Source: a virus
Reading direction: 5' to 3' (one strand)
IMG/VR virus record: IMGVR_UViG_3300021961_000019
DNA length: 64,000 bases
The translations under genes and the position numbers were made by a program. Under the pieces are notes generated by a model that was not told where the DNA came from, ran no database searches, and worked only from the letters and a program-made list of their open reading frames with translations. Positions within the stretch are counted from its first letter, which is position 1; the number at the start of each line of letters is the position of its first letter. Below, piece by piece: positions 36,517 to 45,583 of the stretch.

Positions 36517-36709
36517 TTTTTTTAGAATCCCCTTCAAGTAGGTTACAATGTGGCATTGATTCCTGTAATGTAATAACAATATCCATTTTTTGGGTCACGG
36601 TCATATTTTCAATAGACCATACACGATTAGTCATTTTTTGAGCATCAACACATGAGATGCCGGTTATGTAAGCAAATAATAAAGCGTGAATCATGAGATT
36701 AGATATCAT
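36509..36709 (-). CDS. Hypothetical protein
   Basis: 66 aa. Confidence 0.55.
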   Translation of the reverse strand: MISNLMIHALLFAYITGISCVDAQKMTNRVWSIENMTVTQKMDIVITLQESMPHCNLLEGDSKKND

Positions 36710-36718
36710 TCATAGTAT

Positions 36719-36970
36719 TTAGTCCTCAACACCATTTGCATCGCGCATAAACTCCATGCAGGAAACAAATTCCTCCCAGGATTTTTTAGGAACCTCACCC
36801 TTCTCATAAGGGATTCCCGATAATATTGCGCAGACACGATTTGAGTTAAATCGAACCATACGAACTTCTGAAGTGGGATCAACATATTCAAGACCACCCT
36901 TGGAGGTCTGTGCTGTCATGTCACCACCGAACAGAATTGAAATTGAAGACGCTAATGCCAGTAGTTTCAT
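36719..36970 (-). CDS. Secreted hypothetical protein
   Basis: Signal-like N-terminus. Confidence 0.6.
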   Translation of the reverse strand: MKLLALASSISILFGGDMTAQTSKGGLEYVDPTSEVRMVRFNSNRVCAILSGIPYEKGEVPKKSWEEFVSCMEFMRDANGVED

Positions 36971-37164
36971 GAAACAATCTCCCAGTCAGAATTTCCACCT
37001 TTACTCAACCAAAAAGAATGTTTTCGATTGATTGAGATCAAATACATTTCATCACGTTCAATTCTTACAACTTGGCAAGAATGAAGGCCATACATTTTAT
37101 AATGAAATGTGTCCTTTGCTCCCACAGATCTGGGAGACACGCACACGAATTTCTTTTTACTCAT
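36967..37164 (-). CDS. Conserved cyanophage hypothetical protein
   Basis: FVCVSP.S..AK..F..M..LHSC motif. Confidence 0.65.
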   Translation of the reverse strand: MSKKKFVCVSPRSVGAKDTFHYKMYGLHSCQVVRIERDEMYLISINRKHSFWLSKGGNSDWEIVS

Positions 37165-37239
37165 AAGTTTTTTCGGTACATTGTCATCATATCAACGTTT
37201 GAATACGATGACAAGCACGATGTGACACTTTTTAATGTG

Positions 37240-37443
37240 TCACATATCCTGAAACGTGCGATGCTTTTTAATAAAGTTCTTTGCCTGCAGTTGCGTGTTC
37301 ACAACTTCCAACTGCTGTCCATTGTAAATGATTACAAATTGTTTTTTACCATACCGAACAGCAGCATATCCATCCGGTGTTACAAATCCATCCTTAGAAT
37401 TTTTATAGAATTTGTAAATTTGCTTCAGTTCCTTTTCATTCAT
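37240..37443 (-). CDS. Conserved cyanophage hypothetical protein
   Basis: GFVTPDGYAAV..GKKQFVIIYNGQQL motif; ATGA coupled to prs. Confidence 0.7.
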   Translation of the reverse strand: MNEKELKQIYKFYKNSKDGFVTPDGYAAVRYGKKQFVIIYNGQQLEVVNTQLQAKNFIKKHRTFQDM

Positions 37444-38396
37444 TTGAACATACTGCTCATCGAAACTTCTTGATGAATGCGTGAAATTGCTTCTCCCATG
37501 ACGTTAGAAATTGATAGAACTTGCAAATTTGAAAAGTTCTTTTCTGGTGTAATTGGAAGCGTGTTTGTAACAACAACTTCTTCAAAGACTCCCGGTTCTG
37601 AAAGTCTTTCTACCGCAGGACCAGAGAATACTGCATGAGTTGCACATGCCAGAACCTTTCTTGCACCACAATTCTTTAAGAGTTTTGCTGCTCCGGAGAT
37701 AGTACCTGCAGTATCAATCATATCATCCACAAGAATTGCAATCTTGCCCCTCACATCACCAATCACGGTTAGGCTTTCTGCAACATTATGACCGGTGCGA
37801 CGTTTATCCACAATTGCAAGTGGAGCATTATTCAACAACTTGCCAAAAGACCTTGCTCTAGCAACACCACCAACGTCAGGAGAAACAACAACAACATCAT
37901 CCAATTGATCTTCATACTTTGTTCGAAGATACTTTGCCATGGATGGTGATCCATAGGTGTTGTCACATGGAATATCAAAGTATCCCTGAAGTTGTGCGGA
38001 GTGAAGATCCATCGAAAGAACACGATCTGCTCCTGCGGAAGTGAGAAGATTTGCAACCAACTTTGCTGCGATACTTTCTCTTCCTGCTGCCTTTCGATCA
38101 GATCGAGCATATCCAAAATATGGAATGACTGCGGTAATCTCTTTGGCAGATGCTCTGCGTAGGGCATCAATCAAAATCAAAAGTTCCATCAAGTTATTGT
38201 TTGCTGGAGCACATGTTGGTTGAACGATGAATACATTACAACCACGCACAGCAGAATTAACCTGAACATAAGTTTCGCCATCGGCAAATGACTTAATCGT
38301 TCGATCTGTGAGGTCAACATTCAAGTATTCGGCAATCTCTTGAGCAAGTTCTTCATTTGAAGTCCCACTAATCAGGCGAAACTTATCATTAATCAT
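37440..38396 (-). CDS. prs: Ribose-phosphate pyrophosphokinase (PRPP synthase), cyanobacterial type
   Basis: FADGETYVQV; PYFGYARSDRK; DLHSAQLQGYF; VSPDVGGVARAR; LVDDMIDTAGT. Confidence 0.95.
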   Translation of the reverse strand: MINDKFRLISGTSNEELAQEIAEYLNVDLTDRTIKSFADGETYVQVNSAVRGCNVFIVQPTCAPANNNLMELLILIDALRRASAKEITAVIPYFGYARSDRKAAGRESIAAKLVANLLTSAGADRVLSMDLHSAQLQGYFDIPCDNTYGSPSMAKYLRTKYEDQLDDVVVVSPDVGGVARARSFGKLLNNAPLAIVDKRRTGHNVAESLTVIGDVRGKIAILVDDMIDTAGTISGAAKLLKNCGARKVLACATHAVFSGPAVERLSEPGVFEEVVVTNTLPITPEKNFSNLQVLSISNVMGEAISRIHQEVSMSSMFK

Positions 38397-38464
38397 GAAT
38401 TCATGTCTCCATTTACACTTTACGAAAAGTCCATCATCTGAATGTCCTGGTGGTCCGTTGGTCC

Positions 38465-38493
38465 ATTCTACGGCAAAATGACGAAAAAATCAA
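38465..38493 (-). promoter_or_regulatory. Sigma70-like promoter for prs
   Basis: TTGATT-17-TAGAAT about 70 nt upstream of ATG. Confidence 0.6.
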
Positions 38494-38624
38494 TTTTCGC
38501 CCCTGTCCTCATCAGGGTTCTCAGCGATGCATTCTGCATCAGTCTCCTCAATCTCCGGCACCAGACCAGATAGGGCACGTTCCACAACCTCATCAGAGAA
38601 CAAAAAATCCAAAGGAATCGGCAT
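38490..38624 (-). CDS. Small acidic protein (44 aa, MPIPLDFLFSDEVVER...)
   Basis: Manual ORF. Confidence 0.35.
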   Translation of the reverse strand: MPIPLDFLFSDEVVERALSGLVPEIEETDAECIAENPDEDRGEN

Positions 38625-38656
38625 AATCTCAATACATCTAAGAACAGTATATAGAC

Positions 38657-38679
38657 AAAAAAAGGGAACCGAAGTTCCC
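38657..38679 (-). terminator. Rho-independent terminator with UUCG tetraloop
   Basis: GGGAAC-TTCG-GTTCCC plus U7. Confidence 0.9.
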
Positions 38680-38693
38680 CATGTGCCAGTTTG

Positions 38694-39245
38694 TCAAATG
38701 TCGTATCCTTCAAGAATGTGAACTGCTTCACTAAAGCGATCCACATAGTGAATCATCTTCATTTCATCATAATTCAGAAAGTGATTGTCCAGCATCTCAT
38801 CTTCCAACCAATGTCTGAATGATCTCCACATTCTTCCCACACAAATGACAGGTTTTCTTTTCAAGTGAGAAACCTGAATCAGTTGATAGACCAATGACAT
38901 TTCCAGAAGAGTTCCAATTCCTCCTGGTGTTACAATAAAGGCATCACACTCAGAGAATGTCTGCAGACGTGTGAAGAAGTCATCGTGCTTTGTGTGCTCT
39001 TGCACATAATCATTTACTGCTTCTTCAAATGGAAGATAGATCGCATGAGCAAGAGAACATGTTTCAGTATCTCCACATGCACTCATTGCACCTTTATTTG
39101 CTGCTTCCATCGTTCCTGGTCCACCACCAGTCACAATAATCCATCCCTTTTCAGATAGATTTTTTGCCATTCTCTCTACGGATTTATAAAGTCCAGATTC
39201 AACATCTGTTCTTGCAGATCCAAAAATAGCAACTTTCTTCTTCAT
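38694..39245 (-). CDS. LOG/PpnN-family nucleotide phosphoribohydrolase (Rossmann-like)
   Basis: IFGSAR; TGGGPGTMEAAN; PGGIGTLLE (PGGxGTxxE). Confidence 0.88.
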   Translation of the reverse strand: MKKKVAIFGSARTDVESGLYKSVERMAKNLSEKGWIIVTGGGPGTMEAANKGAMSACGDTETCSLAHAIYLPFEEAVNDYVQEHTKHDDFFTRLQTFSECDAFIVTPGGIGTLLEMSLVYQLIQVSHLKRKPVICVGRMWRSFRHWLEDEMLDNHFLNYDEMKMIHYVDRFSEAVHILEGYDI

Positions 39246-39281
39246 AAGAAGTACCTACTATACCTCTTTAGTTATATGAGT

Positions 39282-39965
39282 TTATGAGAAACTCAGTATC
39301 GTGGAGTATAGATGCCCGTGCTGGCCAGACTCACCCATATCCACCGTAACGTTTTCTGTAGTGTCTCCAATAGCAAACATTTTATATCTGGTATAAAAAC
39401 GAGCTGCAGGGGACTCCTCAGTAAAAGTGCCACCTGTCCAAGAACGGCCAGTGACGCTACCATCATATGCGAAATAAGTTGCTAGCAGGAGATGTGGAAG
39501 AGTTGACACTGCAGTTCCATTAATATTTTGTGAAGCGGGATCCCCGGTGCTGCCTCCACCTTGCGAATCCTCTATAGTGACAGAACATGTCTTCGAAGGC
39601 CTGAAAACTAAAGCCACAATACTATATGCAGCATGATCTGTTGCAGCAACGTTGAAGCTAGAACTTACATCACCAGATGTAATGAATTTATATGCACGAT
39701 CATGCACAGAGTCTTCTCCAGTTCCACCATCAAAAGACAGTCTATATAGTCTTGTCCAACCAGATGGTAAATAACTATCACTAGTATCCCCATCTCCACT
39801 ATTAAAACCGGAGCTAGTAGCATACATCACAAAATCTCCTGCTTGAGCAGATGCAGGAACCGTAAATGATCTTGTGGTAGAAGTTGTTGCGGCTACATAG
39901 GTCATAGTTAGGTCACGTATCTGCGCCCTTGAACCTAAACTAAATGTGGATAGTATTGGAGACAC
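39282..39965 (-). CDS. Putative virion/tail-associated protein
   Basis: Ser/Thr/Gly-rich beta protein; late promoter upstream. Confidence 0.55.
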   Translation of the reverse strand: MSPILSTFSLGSRAQIRDLTMTYVAATTSTTRSFTVPASAQAGDFVMYATSSGFNSGDGDTSDSYLPSGWTRLYRLSFDGGTGEDSVHDRAYKFITSGDVSSSFNVAATDHAAYSIVALVFRPSKTCSVTIEDSQGGGSTGDPASQNINGTAVSTLPHLLLATYFAYDGSVTGRSWTGGTFTEESPAARFYTRYKMFAIGDTTENVTVDMGESGQHGHLYSTILSFS

Positions 39966-39990
39966 AATATCACGTCTTAAGATCTTAGAG

Positions 39991-39998
39991 TATTTATA
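39991..39998 (-). promoter_or_regulatory. T4-type late promoter (TATAAATA)
   Basis: Exact consensus. Confidence 0.8.
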
Positions 39999-40058
39999 GA
40001 ACTTAAAGCTAAAGTCCCATTCAACCCTGACAAAGGTTATTGTACAGGGTTTTAGAGG

Positions 40059-40478
40059 TCATGTCAAGTCTTTCAAGTATTCTTTACACAACTTTACTTC
40101 AAGGTCATATGCTTCAACTTCCCAAGGTTGATCTTCATAATCAGTTTGACTATGATCCACACCTTTCCAGAGCCTTTTTGATCCCCGATCCTTTAACTCA
40201 CCGCGAACATGTTGACGTACATGAACTAACTCATGAAGCAGAGTTTGAATGTAAAACTCACGCTCCATCTTGTTGTGAAGTTCAATCAGAAAAGACCTAG
40301 GACGATGATCACAATCTTGAACGGTGCAAAGTCCATAGAAACCTTCCCTCATCATGCCACGATGAGATACTTCGATCTCCAGTTTGTGACGTGGAAGATA
40401 TTTTTTGATGAACCAAGTCACCACACTTTCACACAGTTTCTTGCTGTAGTTGTACCCACTCAGATCAAGATAGAGCAT
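40059..40478 (-). CDS. SprT-like/zincin metallopeptidase
   Basis: LLHELVHVRQ (HExxH) and QPWEVEAY. Confidence 0.8.
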   Translation of the reverse strand: MLYLDLSGYNYSKKLCESVVTWFIKKYLPRHKLEIEVSHRGMMREGFYGLCTVQDCDHRPRSFLIELHNKMEREFYIQTLLHELVHVRQHVRGELKDRGSKRLWKGVDHSQTDYEDQPWEVEAYDLEVKLCKEYLKDLT

Positions 40479-40572
40479 AGTTCAGAACCGAATGAACAAC
40501 ACGCACACCCCAGTTCATGAAGATGCAGAAGGATGATACGAAAATCAGTCTGTCAAGCGTTGTAAGTTGCAT
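40465..40572 (-). CDS. Small membrane peptide (35 aa, MQLTTLDRLIFVSSF...)
   Basis: Manual ORF downstream of class-2 promoter. Confidence 0.6.
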   Translation of the reverse strand: MQLTTLDRLIFVSSFCIFMNWGVRVVHSVLNYALS

Positions 40573-40596
40573 AGGGTGGTCCCTGGTCACATCCCT

Positions 40597-40652
40597 ACAA
40601 TAAGACCCTCCAGGGGGTCTGGAGGGTCCTCTGGGACACTTTGTGAACTGGT
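40597..40652 (-). promoter_or_regulatory. Class-2 promoter element
   Basis: ACCAGTTCACAAAGTGTC, perfect 10-bp stem 40604-40628, TATTGT. Confidence 0.7.
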
Positions 40653-40666
40653 TGGGACTATATTAA

Positions 40667-43600
40667 TTATGCTCCATACTGTGATTGGGATGCAAATACA
40701 GTAAATGTTGCTGATGCAGTCTTTACAATTGTCCAAGTATACATGTCATAGTTTGAACCAGACAATCCTGCAGTTGGTGCAGACCCACCCAACCACAATT
40801 CAGTTTGTGCAGCACTATCGATAGTTATATCAGTTGCATAGTGAGTGGTGGAACTCTTTTTGGCAAGAATTGTGACTACAATCGAATCGCCAATTGCCAT
40901 CGTACTGTTTAGTGATGTGCCAGAATCTCCGCGAATGTTATGAGTCCAGTTTGCAGATGCATTTGTTGTAAACATCCAAACGTTTGATGTATTAACATCA
41001 ATATTTGTGGTTCCATTTACAGTTCCTGCAACTACGTTCACATCTTCAAGAAGGGGTTTTGTTCCTGTTAGGTGTCCAAAAACACTATTTCCTGCCGCAT
41101 AGAACGCAGATGCATCCAATTGACCAGCAGAGGCATTATATGTTAGAGCACTTGAATCAGTTTTGGGTGCTTGGTTTCCAGTAGCAGCTGTGGTAAATAC
41201 CGGGAAGCAGGTAGTATCTGAAGATTCGTCCGCAACGTTAATGTTAGTGGCATTAGTTGCTGTACCACTTAAGGTTGCAGTAATTGTGCCTGCACTAAAG
41301 TTTCCTGATCCATCTCTGGCAACAACCTTGGATGCCGTATTGGCAGTATCTGCATCAACTGCTACGGTTTTTGTAGTAGAACCATTATATGTTTGTCCAT
41401 TCTGAGTCAGATATGCACCAATTGATAAGTTGCTTAAGTTATTTCCAAGAGAAACACCAGAAATTGTGGATGCTGCTAATTTGGAAATAGCAATCGCAGC
41501 AGAAGCATTAATATCGGCGTTGAGAATAGATCCTGTAAGAGCTAATTTGCTATATGCAATTGCTGCAGAAACACTAAGATCATCATTTACGATTGTGCCA
41601 TTTGCAATCATCGTGCTAGTGACTGTGCCACTATCTCCCGATGTGATTACAGTTCCAGTAGTTGCGGGAAGAGTGACTGTGTTAGACCCAGCAACTGCTG
41701 TTGCTTTGAGTGTTACTGTTCCGCTGGTTGATCCAGAATAGAATGCGCCAGTACCTTGAATTGTTGGTGTTGTGAGTGTTTTGTTGGTAAGTGTTTGTGA
41801 GTCTGTTGTACCAACAATTGATCCTGATGGAGCGGTTTTTCCACCAACATATTGAGCATTCAAGTTAGTAACCTGAACGTTCGAGTTTACAATAAATGGA
41901 GCGTAGACGTTAGTTCCTTGACAAAGGAATCTTGCTGCTTCCTCTTCGTATTTGGCGTAAACATCAAGAGTATACTCTGGTGGAACTGTTGTTCCCATAC
42001 CAACCAGAACGTCAGTTCTAACACCAATTTCTCCTAGACCATTGACAACTGTTCCCCATGCCTCACCAACTGCCGAACCATAGAGGTCAATTCTATAAAC
42101 ACCTGGGGTGACTTCTACGGCATCACTACCTGCACCATCGATGATGCTTGTAACAATACCTGGGCCACTAAATCCATCACTAATTACAGTTCCAATAACT
42201 TTGAGGTTTCCAACAACGTCCAATGCCTCAGATGGTGATGTGGATTTAACTCCAACAGAACCAGAAGCATATACATTATTAAATGTGGACATCCCAGATA
42301 CATTAATCTGAGTTGGATTGATGTTGGATGCTGTCAAAATTCCAGTAACGTTTACATTTGTCACTCCAAGTGAAGTTGCAGTTGTGACCGTTAAAGTTGA
42401 TACACCGGAGATATTAACATTATCAAGTTCAGTGTGTCCATCAACATCAAGACCAGCACCAGAACCAATCACAAGATTGGATCCGGTGAAAGTTAGATTG
42501 GCATTATCTTGAAGAGCACCAGAAGTTCCTGCAAGAACAACCCTAGTATTGGTAAGATCACTAACTGTGGCCGAAGAAAGGATGGTTTCTGCACCAGAAA
42601 TATTTGCACCAGCATTACCATCAATCAATCCAGCAACTGTAGTTATGCCGGAGATATTAACATTATCAAGTTCAGTGTGTCCATCAACATCAAGACCAGC
42701 ACCAGAACCAATCACAAGATTGGATCCAGTAAAGGTTAGATTGGCATTATCCTGAAGAGCACCACTAGTGCCAGCAATAACAACCCTAGTATTGGTAAGA
42801 TCTGATACTGTTGCAGAAGAAAGGATGGTTTCTGCACCAGAAATATTTGCACCAGCATTACCATCAATCAATCCAGCAACTGTAGTTACTCCTGAAATAT
42901 TGACAGCATCAAGTTCTGTAGCACCTGTGACATCGATTCCACCATTAGCATCAATCAATCCAGCAACTGTGGTGATGCCAGATACATTTACATTATCAAG
43001 TTCTGTAGCGCCAGTAATATCAACTCCACCATTACCATCAATCAATCCAGCGACTGTAGTTACTCCTGAAATATTGACAGCATCAAGTTCTGTAGCACCT
43101 GTGACATCGATTCCATCATTAGCATCAATCAGACCCGTAAAAGTGGATACACCTGTCACTCCAAGTTGAGATATATTAACAGCACCAATCGTTGTGACAC
43201 CAGTAACATTAATTTGGGAAACGTCTAATGGACCAGTTGTTGTGATGCCAAGAGTTGTATTTCCAGAAACACTCAATCTTGTTGCACCAGCAAATCCTAG
43301 TGTGCTAATACCAAGTACATTGAAATCTGTAGTCTCCAGATAAGTTGCATCTAAGTCTAGAAATGTGCTGACACCTGTTGAGTTGACATCACTATTAACA
43401 ACTAAAGCAGATAATGCTCCAGTAATATTTGCATCACCAGCAACTTCAAATCTCTTCGTTGGAATTGTTGTGCCTACACCCACCCCGTCAGATGTGACAC
43501 TAAACGATGTTCCAGCAACACCAATAGCAAGTCTGGTAGATTTTAACTCCCCACTAACATCAATATTAGAACCTGTGAGAGAGGTTACAACGCCAGCAAC

Positions 43601-43840
43601 CGCATACAAGTTGTCGGTGCCAACGTTCGTATAACTTAATTGCGACCCTTTCAGTTCTGTAAGTGTTGAGACTCCAGAAACAGTTAGATTATCAGCACTT
43701 ATTTGCCCACTAACCGATAAGGTGTCTTTGGGGACTGTTGATGCTATTCCAACGTGTCCTGTTACGTCATCCGCAAGTAAGAAATCGTTGCCGACTTGCA
43801 GGCCATTCTTAACGATGAAATTCTTGTTAATTGCGGTCAT
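40667..43840 (-). CDS. Tail fibre-like protein with internal repeats
   Basis: Gly/Ser/Thr/Val-rich; 29-aa and 81-aa tandem repeats; late promoter. Confidence 0.75.
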   Translation of the reverse strand: MTAINKNFIVKNGLQVGNDFLLADDVTGHVGIASTVPKDTLSVSGQISADNLTVSGVSTLTELKGSQLSYTNVGTDNLYAVAGVVTSLTGSNIDVSGELKSTRLAIGVAGTSFSVTSDGVGVGTTIPTKRFEVAGDANITGALSALVVNSDVNSTGVSTFLDLDATYLETTDFNVLGISTLGFAGATRLSVSGNTTLGITTTGPLDVSQINVTGVTTIGAVNISQLGVTGVSTFTGLIDANDGIDVTGATELDAVNISGVTTVAGLIDGNGGVDITGATELDNVNVSGITTVAGLIDANGGIDVTGATELDAVNISGVTTVAGLIDGNAGANISGAETILSSATVSDLTNTRVVIAGTSGALQDNANLTFTGSNLVIGSGAGLDVDGHTELDNVNISGITTVAGLIDGNAGANISGAETILSSATVSDLTNTRVVLAGTSGALQDNANLTFTGSNLVIGSGAGLDVDGHTELDNVNISGVSTLTVTTATSLGVTNVNVTGILTASNINPTQINVSGMSTFNNVYASGSVGVKSTSPSEALDVVGNLKVIGTVISDGFSGPGIVTSIIDGAGSDAVEVTPGVYRIDLYGSAVGEAWGTVVNGLGEIGVRTDVLVGMGTTVPPEYTLDVYAKYEEEAARFLCQGTNVYAPFIVNSNVQVTNLNAQYVGGKTAPSGSIVGTTDSQTLTNKTLTTPTIQGTGAFYSGSTSGTVTLKATAVAGSNTVTLPATTGTVITSGDSGTVTSTMIANGTIVNDDLSVSAAIAYSKLALTGSILNADINASAAIAISKLAASTISGVSLGNNLSNLSIGAYLTQNGQTYNGSTTKTVAVDADTANTASKVVARDGSGNFSAGTITATLSGTATNATNINVADESSDTTCFPVFTTAATGNQAPKTDSSALTYNASAGQLDASAFYAAGNSVFGHLTGTKPLLEDVNVVAGTVNGTTNIDVNTSNVWMFTTNASANWTHNIRGDSGTSLNSTMAIGDSIVVTILAKKSSTTHYATDITIDSAAQTELWLGGSAPTAGLSGSNYDMYTWTIVKTASATFTVFASQSQYGA
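42405..42890. repeat. 243-bp (81-aa) tandem duplication in tail fibre
   Basis: CCGGAGATATTAACATTATCAAGTTC at 42405 and 42648. Confidence 0.9.
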
Positions 43841-43870
43841 GGGTTTCCCTATCCACCCTACAGTTTTAGT

Positions 43871-43892
43871 TATTTATAAGATCTTATAAATA
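43871..43892. promoter_or_regulatory. Perfect 22-bp palindrome = back-to-back late promoters
   Basis: TATTTATAAGATCTTATAAATA contains TATAAATA on each strand. Confidence 0.85.
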
Positions 43893-43923
43893 TCTAAACA
43901 TGTGGCAATTGATGATCTAATCC

Positions 43924-44337
43924 ATGGCAACAACTATTATATCCGGACAATCTTCAAACGGTGCAACTCTGCTATACACAGCACCTTCACCAACCAGAAT
44001 TGTAATTCTATACATGGAAGGTGTTAGGACTGGTGGATCTGCTGGTCAGGTTGGTTTGTATTGGGGACCATCTGGTAGTCTTCTTTCGCAGACTACATCT
44101 TTATGCAGAGCATTTGGAAGAAATATTGCATATCAAATTCATTATGATCCAGATGATTTTGGCAACACCCAAATTAATGTGTGGGGTGAAAATTTCGTCC
44201 CAACAAATACAGAAACTTCAAATGCTGAAGACACTTATATTGATGCACTACCCACAGAAATATTTTTGAACACAAATGATCAATTCTATGCTCTTTGTGG
44301 TCCATATAATTGTGTTGCAATTCCGGAAAATGGTTGA
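43924..44337 (+). CDS. Small tail-associated protein, paralog 1 (divergent)
   Basis: C-terminal PTEIFL...CGPYNCVAIPE matches paralogs 2-4. Confidence 0.7.
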   Translation: MATTIISGQSSNGATLLYTAPSPTRIVILYMEGVRTGGSAGQVGLYWGPSGSLLSQTTSLCRAFGRNIAYQIHYDPDDFGNTQINVWGENFVPTNTETSNAEDTYIDALPTEIFLNTNDQFYALCGPYNCVAIPENG

Positions 44338-44343
44338 TGACTT

Positions 44344-44751
44344 ATGGCAAACGTAACAGTATTAAATGGAAACTCATCAACAGTTGGTGGAGCATCTTTA
44401 TTTACTGCATCAAGTAATACAAGATTGTTAATTGCATTTATACATTCAACGGGTTCATCAACTATTACTATGCGATGGGGACACTCAGTTAATTATAATC
44501 AAGTGACGAGTTCTGATGTACATGCAATTGGGTCAAAATTGGCACAAATTCGCATATCAAACGACGACGCTAATTCGGCCGGTTGGGGGTCCGCGTGGGG
44601 AGGATATAGATTGACAAAAGGATTTCTTTCCGAATATACAGTTGCAGGAATGACAACTACCATGGCATATCCTTTGGAGTTATATTTAAAGTCTGGAGAA
44701 ATATTTGATCTAACGTGCGACACTTATTCTATAACGGTTATTACGGAATAA
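44344..44751 (+). CDS. Small tail-associated protein, paralog 2
   Basis: Near-identical ends to paralogs 3 and 4. Confidence 0.8.
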   Translation: MANVTVLNGNSSTVGGASLFTASSNTRLLIAFIHSTGSSTITMRWGHSVNYNQVTSSDVHAIGSKLAQIRISNDDANSAGWGSAWGGYRLTKGFLSEYTVAGMTTTMAYPLELYLKSGEIFDLTCDTYSITVITE

Positions 44752-44759
44752 AATAAATT

Positions 44760-45158
44760 ATGGCAAACGTAACAGTATTAAATGGAACCTCATCAACAGT
44801 TGGTGGAGCAGCTTTATTTACTGCATCAAGTAATACAAGATTAATGATTAATTTCATTAAAGCATCTTCATCAACTATTACTATGCGATGGGGACACTCA
44901 GTTAATTATAATCAAGTGACCAGTGCTGATATGAATGCTATTGGAAGATCGCTAGGACATATATATATCTCCGACAATGATAGTGCCGGAGATTTTAATG
45001 AATATCCTAGCAAGAGATTGACAAAGGGATTTCAAGCAGCATCCGATGCTGCAGGAATGACAACTACCATGGCATATCCTCTACAAATATATTTGAAGTC
45101 TGGGGAAATATTTGATCTAACTTGTGGTGCTTACTCCATATCCGTTATTACAGAATAA
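44760..45158 (+). CDS. Small tail-associated protein, paralog 3
   Basis: Near-identical ends to paralogs 2 and 4. Confidence 0.8.
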   Translation: MANVTVLNGTSSTVGGAALFTASSNTRLMINFIKASSSTITMRWGHSVNYNQVTSADMNAIGRSLGHIYISDNDSAGDFNEYPSKRLTKGFQAASDAAGMTTTMAYPLQIYLKSGEIFDLTCGAYSISVITE

Positions 45159-45160
45159 TC

Positions 45161-45559
45161 ATGGCAAACGTAACAGTATTAAATGGAACCTCATCAACAG
45201 TTGGTGGAGCAGCTTTATTTACTGCATCGGGAAATTGTAGATTGCTGGTGAATTTCATTAAAGCATCTTCATCAACCATCACTATGCGATGGGGGCACTC
45301 AGTTAATTATAATCAAGTGACTAGTCCAGATATGAATTGTATCGGTAGAGAACTAGCTCAAGTTTATATCTCCGACAATGATACTAATGGAGATTTTAAA
45401 GATTGGCCAGCTAAAAGAATAACTAACGGATTTCAAGCAGCATCGGATGCTGCAGGAATGACAACTACCATGGCGTATCCATTGCAGATATACTTGAAGT
45501 CGGGTGAAATTTTCGATCTCACCTGCGGTGCATATTCTCTATCCGTCATTACAGAATAA
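45161..45559 (+). CDS. Small tail-associated protein, paralog 4
   Basis: Start moved to MANVTVLNG at 45161. Confidence 0.8.
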   Translation: MANVTVLNGTSSTVGGAALFTASGNCRLLVNFIKASSSTITMRWGHSVNYNQVTSPDMNCIGRELAQVYISDNDTNGDFKDWPAKRITNGFQAASDAAGMTTTMAYPLQIYLKSGEIFDLTCGAYSLSVITE

Positions 45560-45580
45560 AAACCCCCCGGAGGGGGGCAT
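45558..45580. terminator. Terminator between convergent genes
   Basis: CCCCCC-GGA-GGGGGG stem; U-tract on minus strand. Confidence 0.7.
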
Positions 45581-45583
45581 ATA

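Noticed and set aside
37440-38396. NARP1 Adps anti-defence enzyme
   Set aside because: Protein is full-length and cyanobacterial Prs-like, and no Namat/Nampt partner is in the window
40551-40556. TTGACA promoter
   Set aside because: Inside the 35-aa ORF with no -10 at 16-18 nt
43924-45559. Diversity-generating retroelement or recombinase-driven shufflon
   Set aside because: No reverse transcriptase or invertase in the window; differences are not adenine-specific; no flanking recombination sites seen
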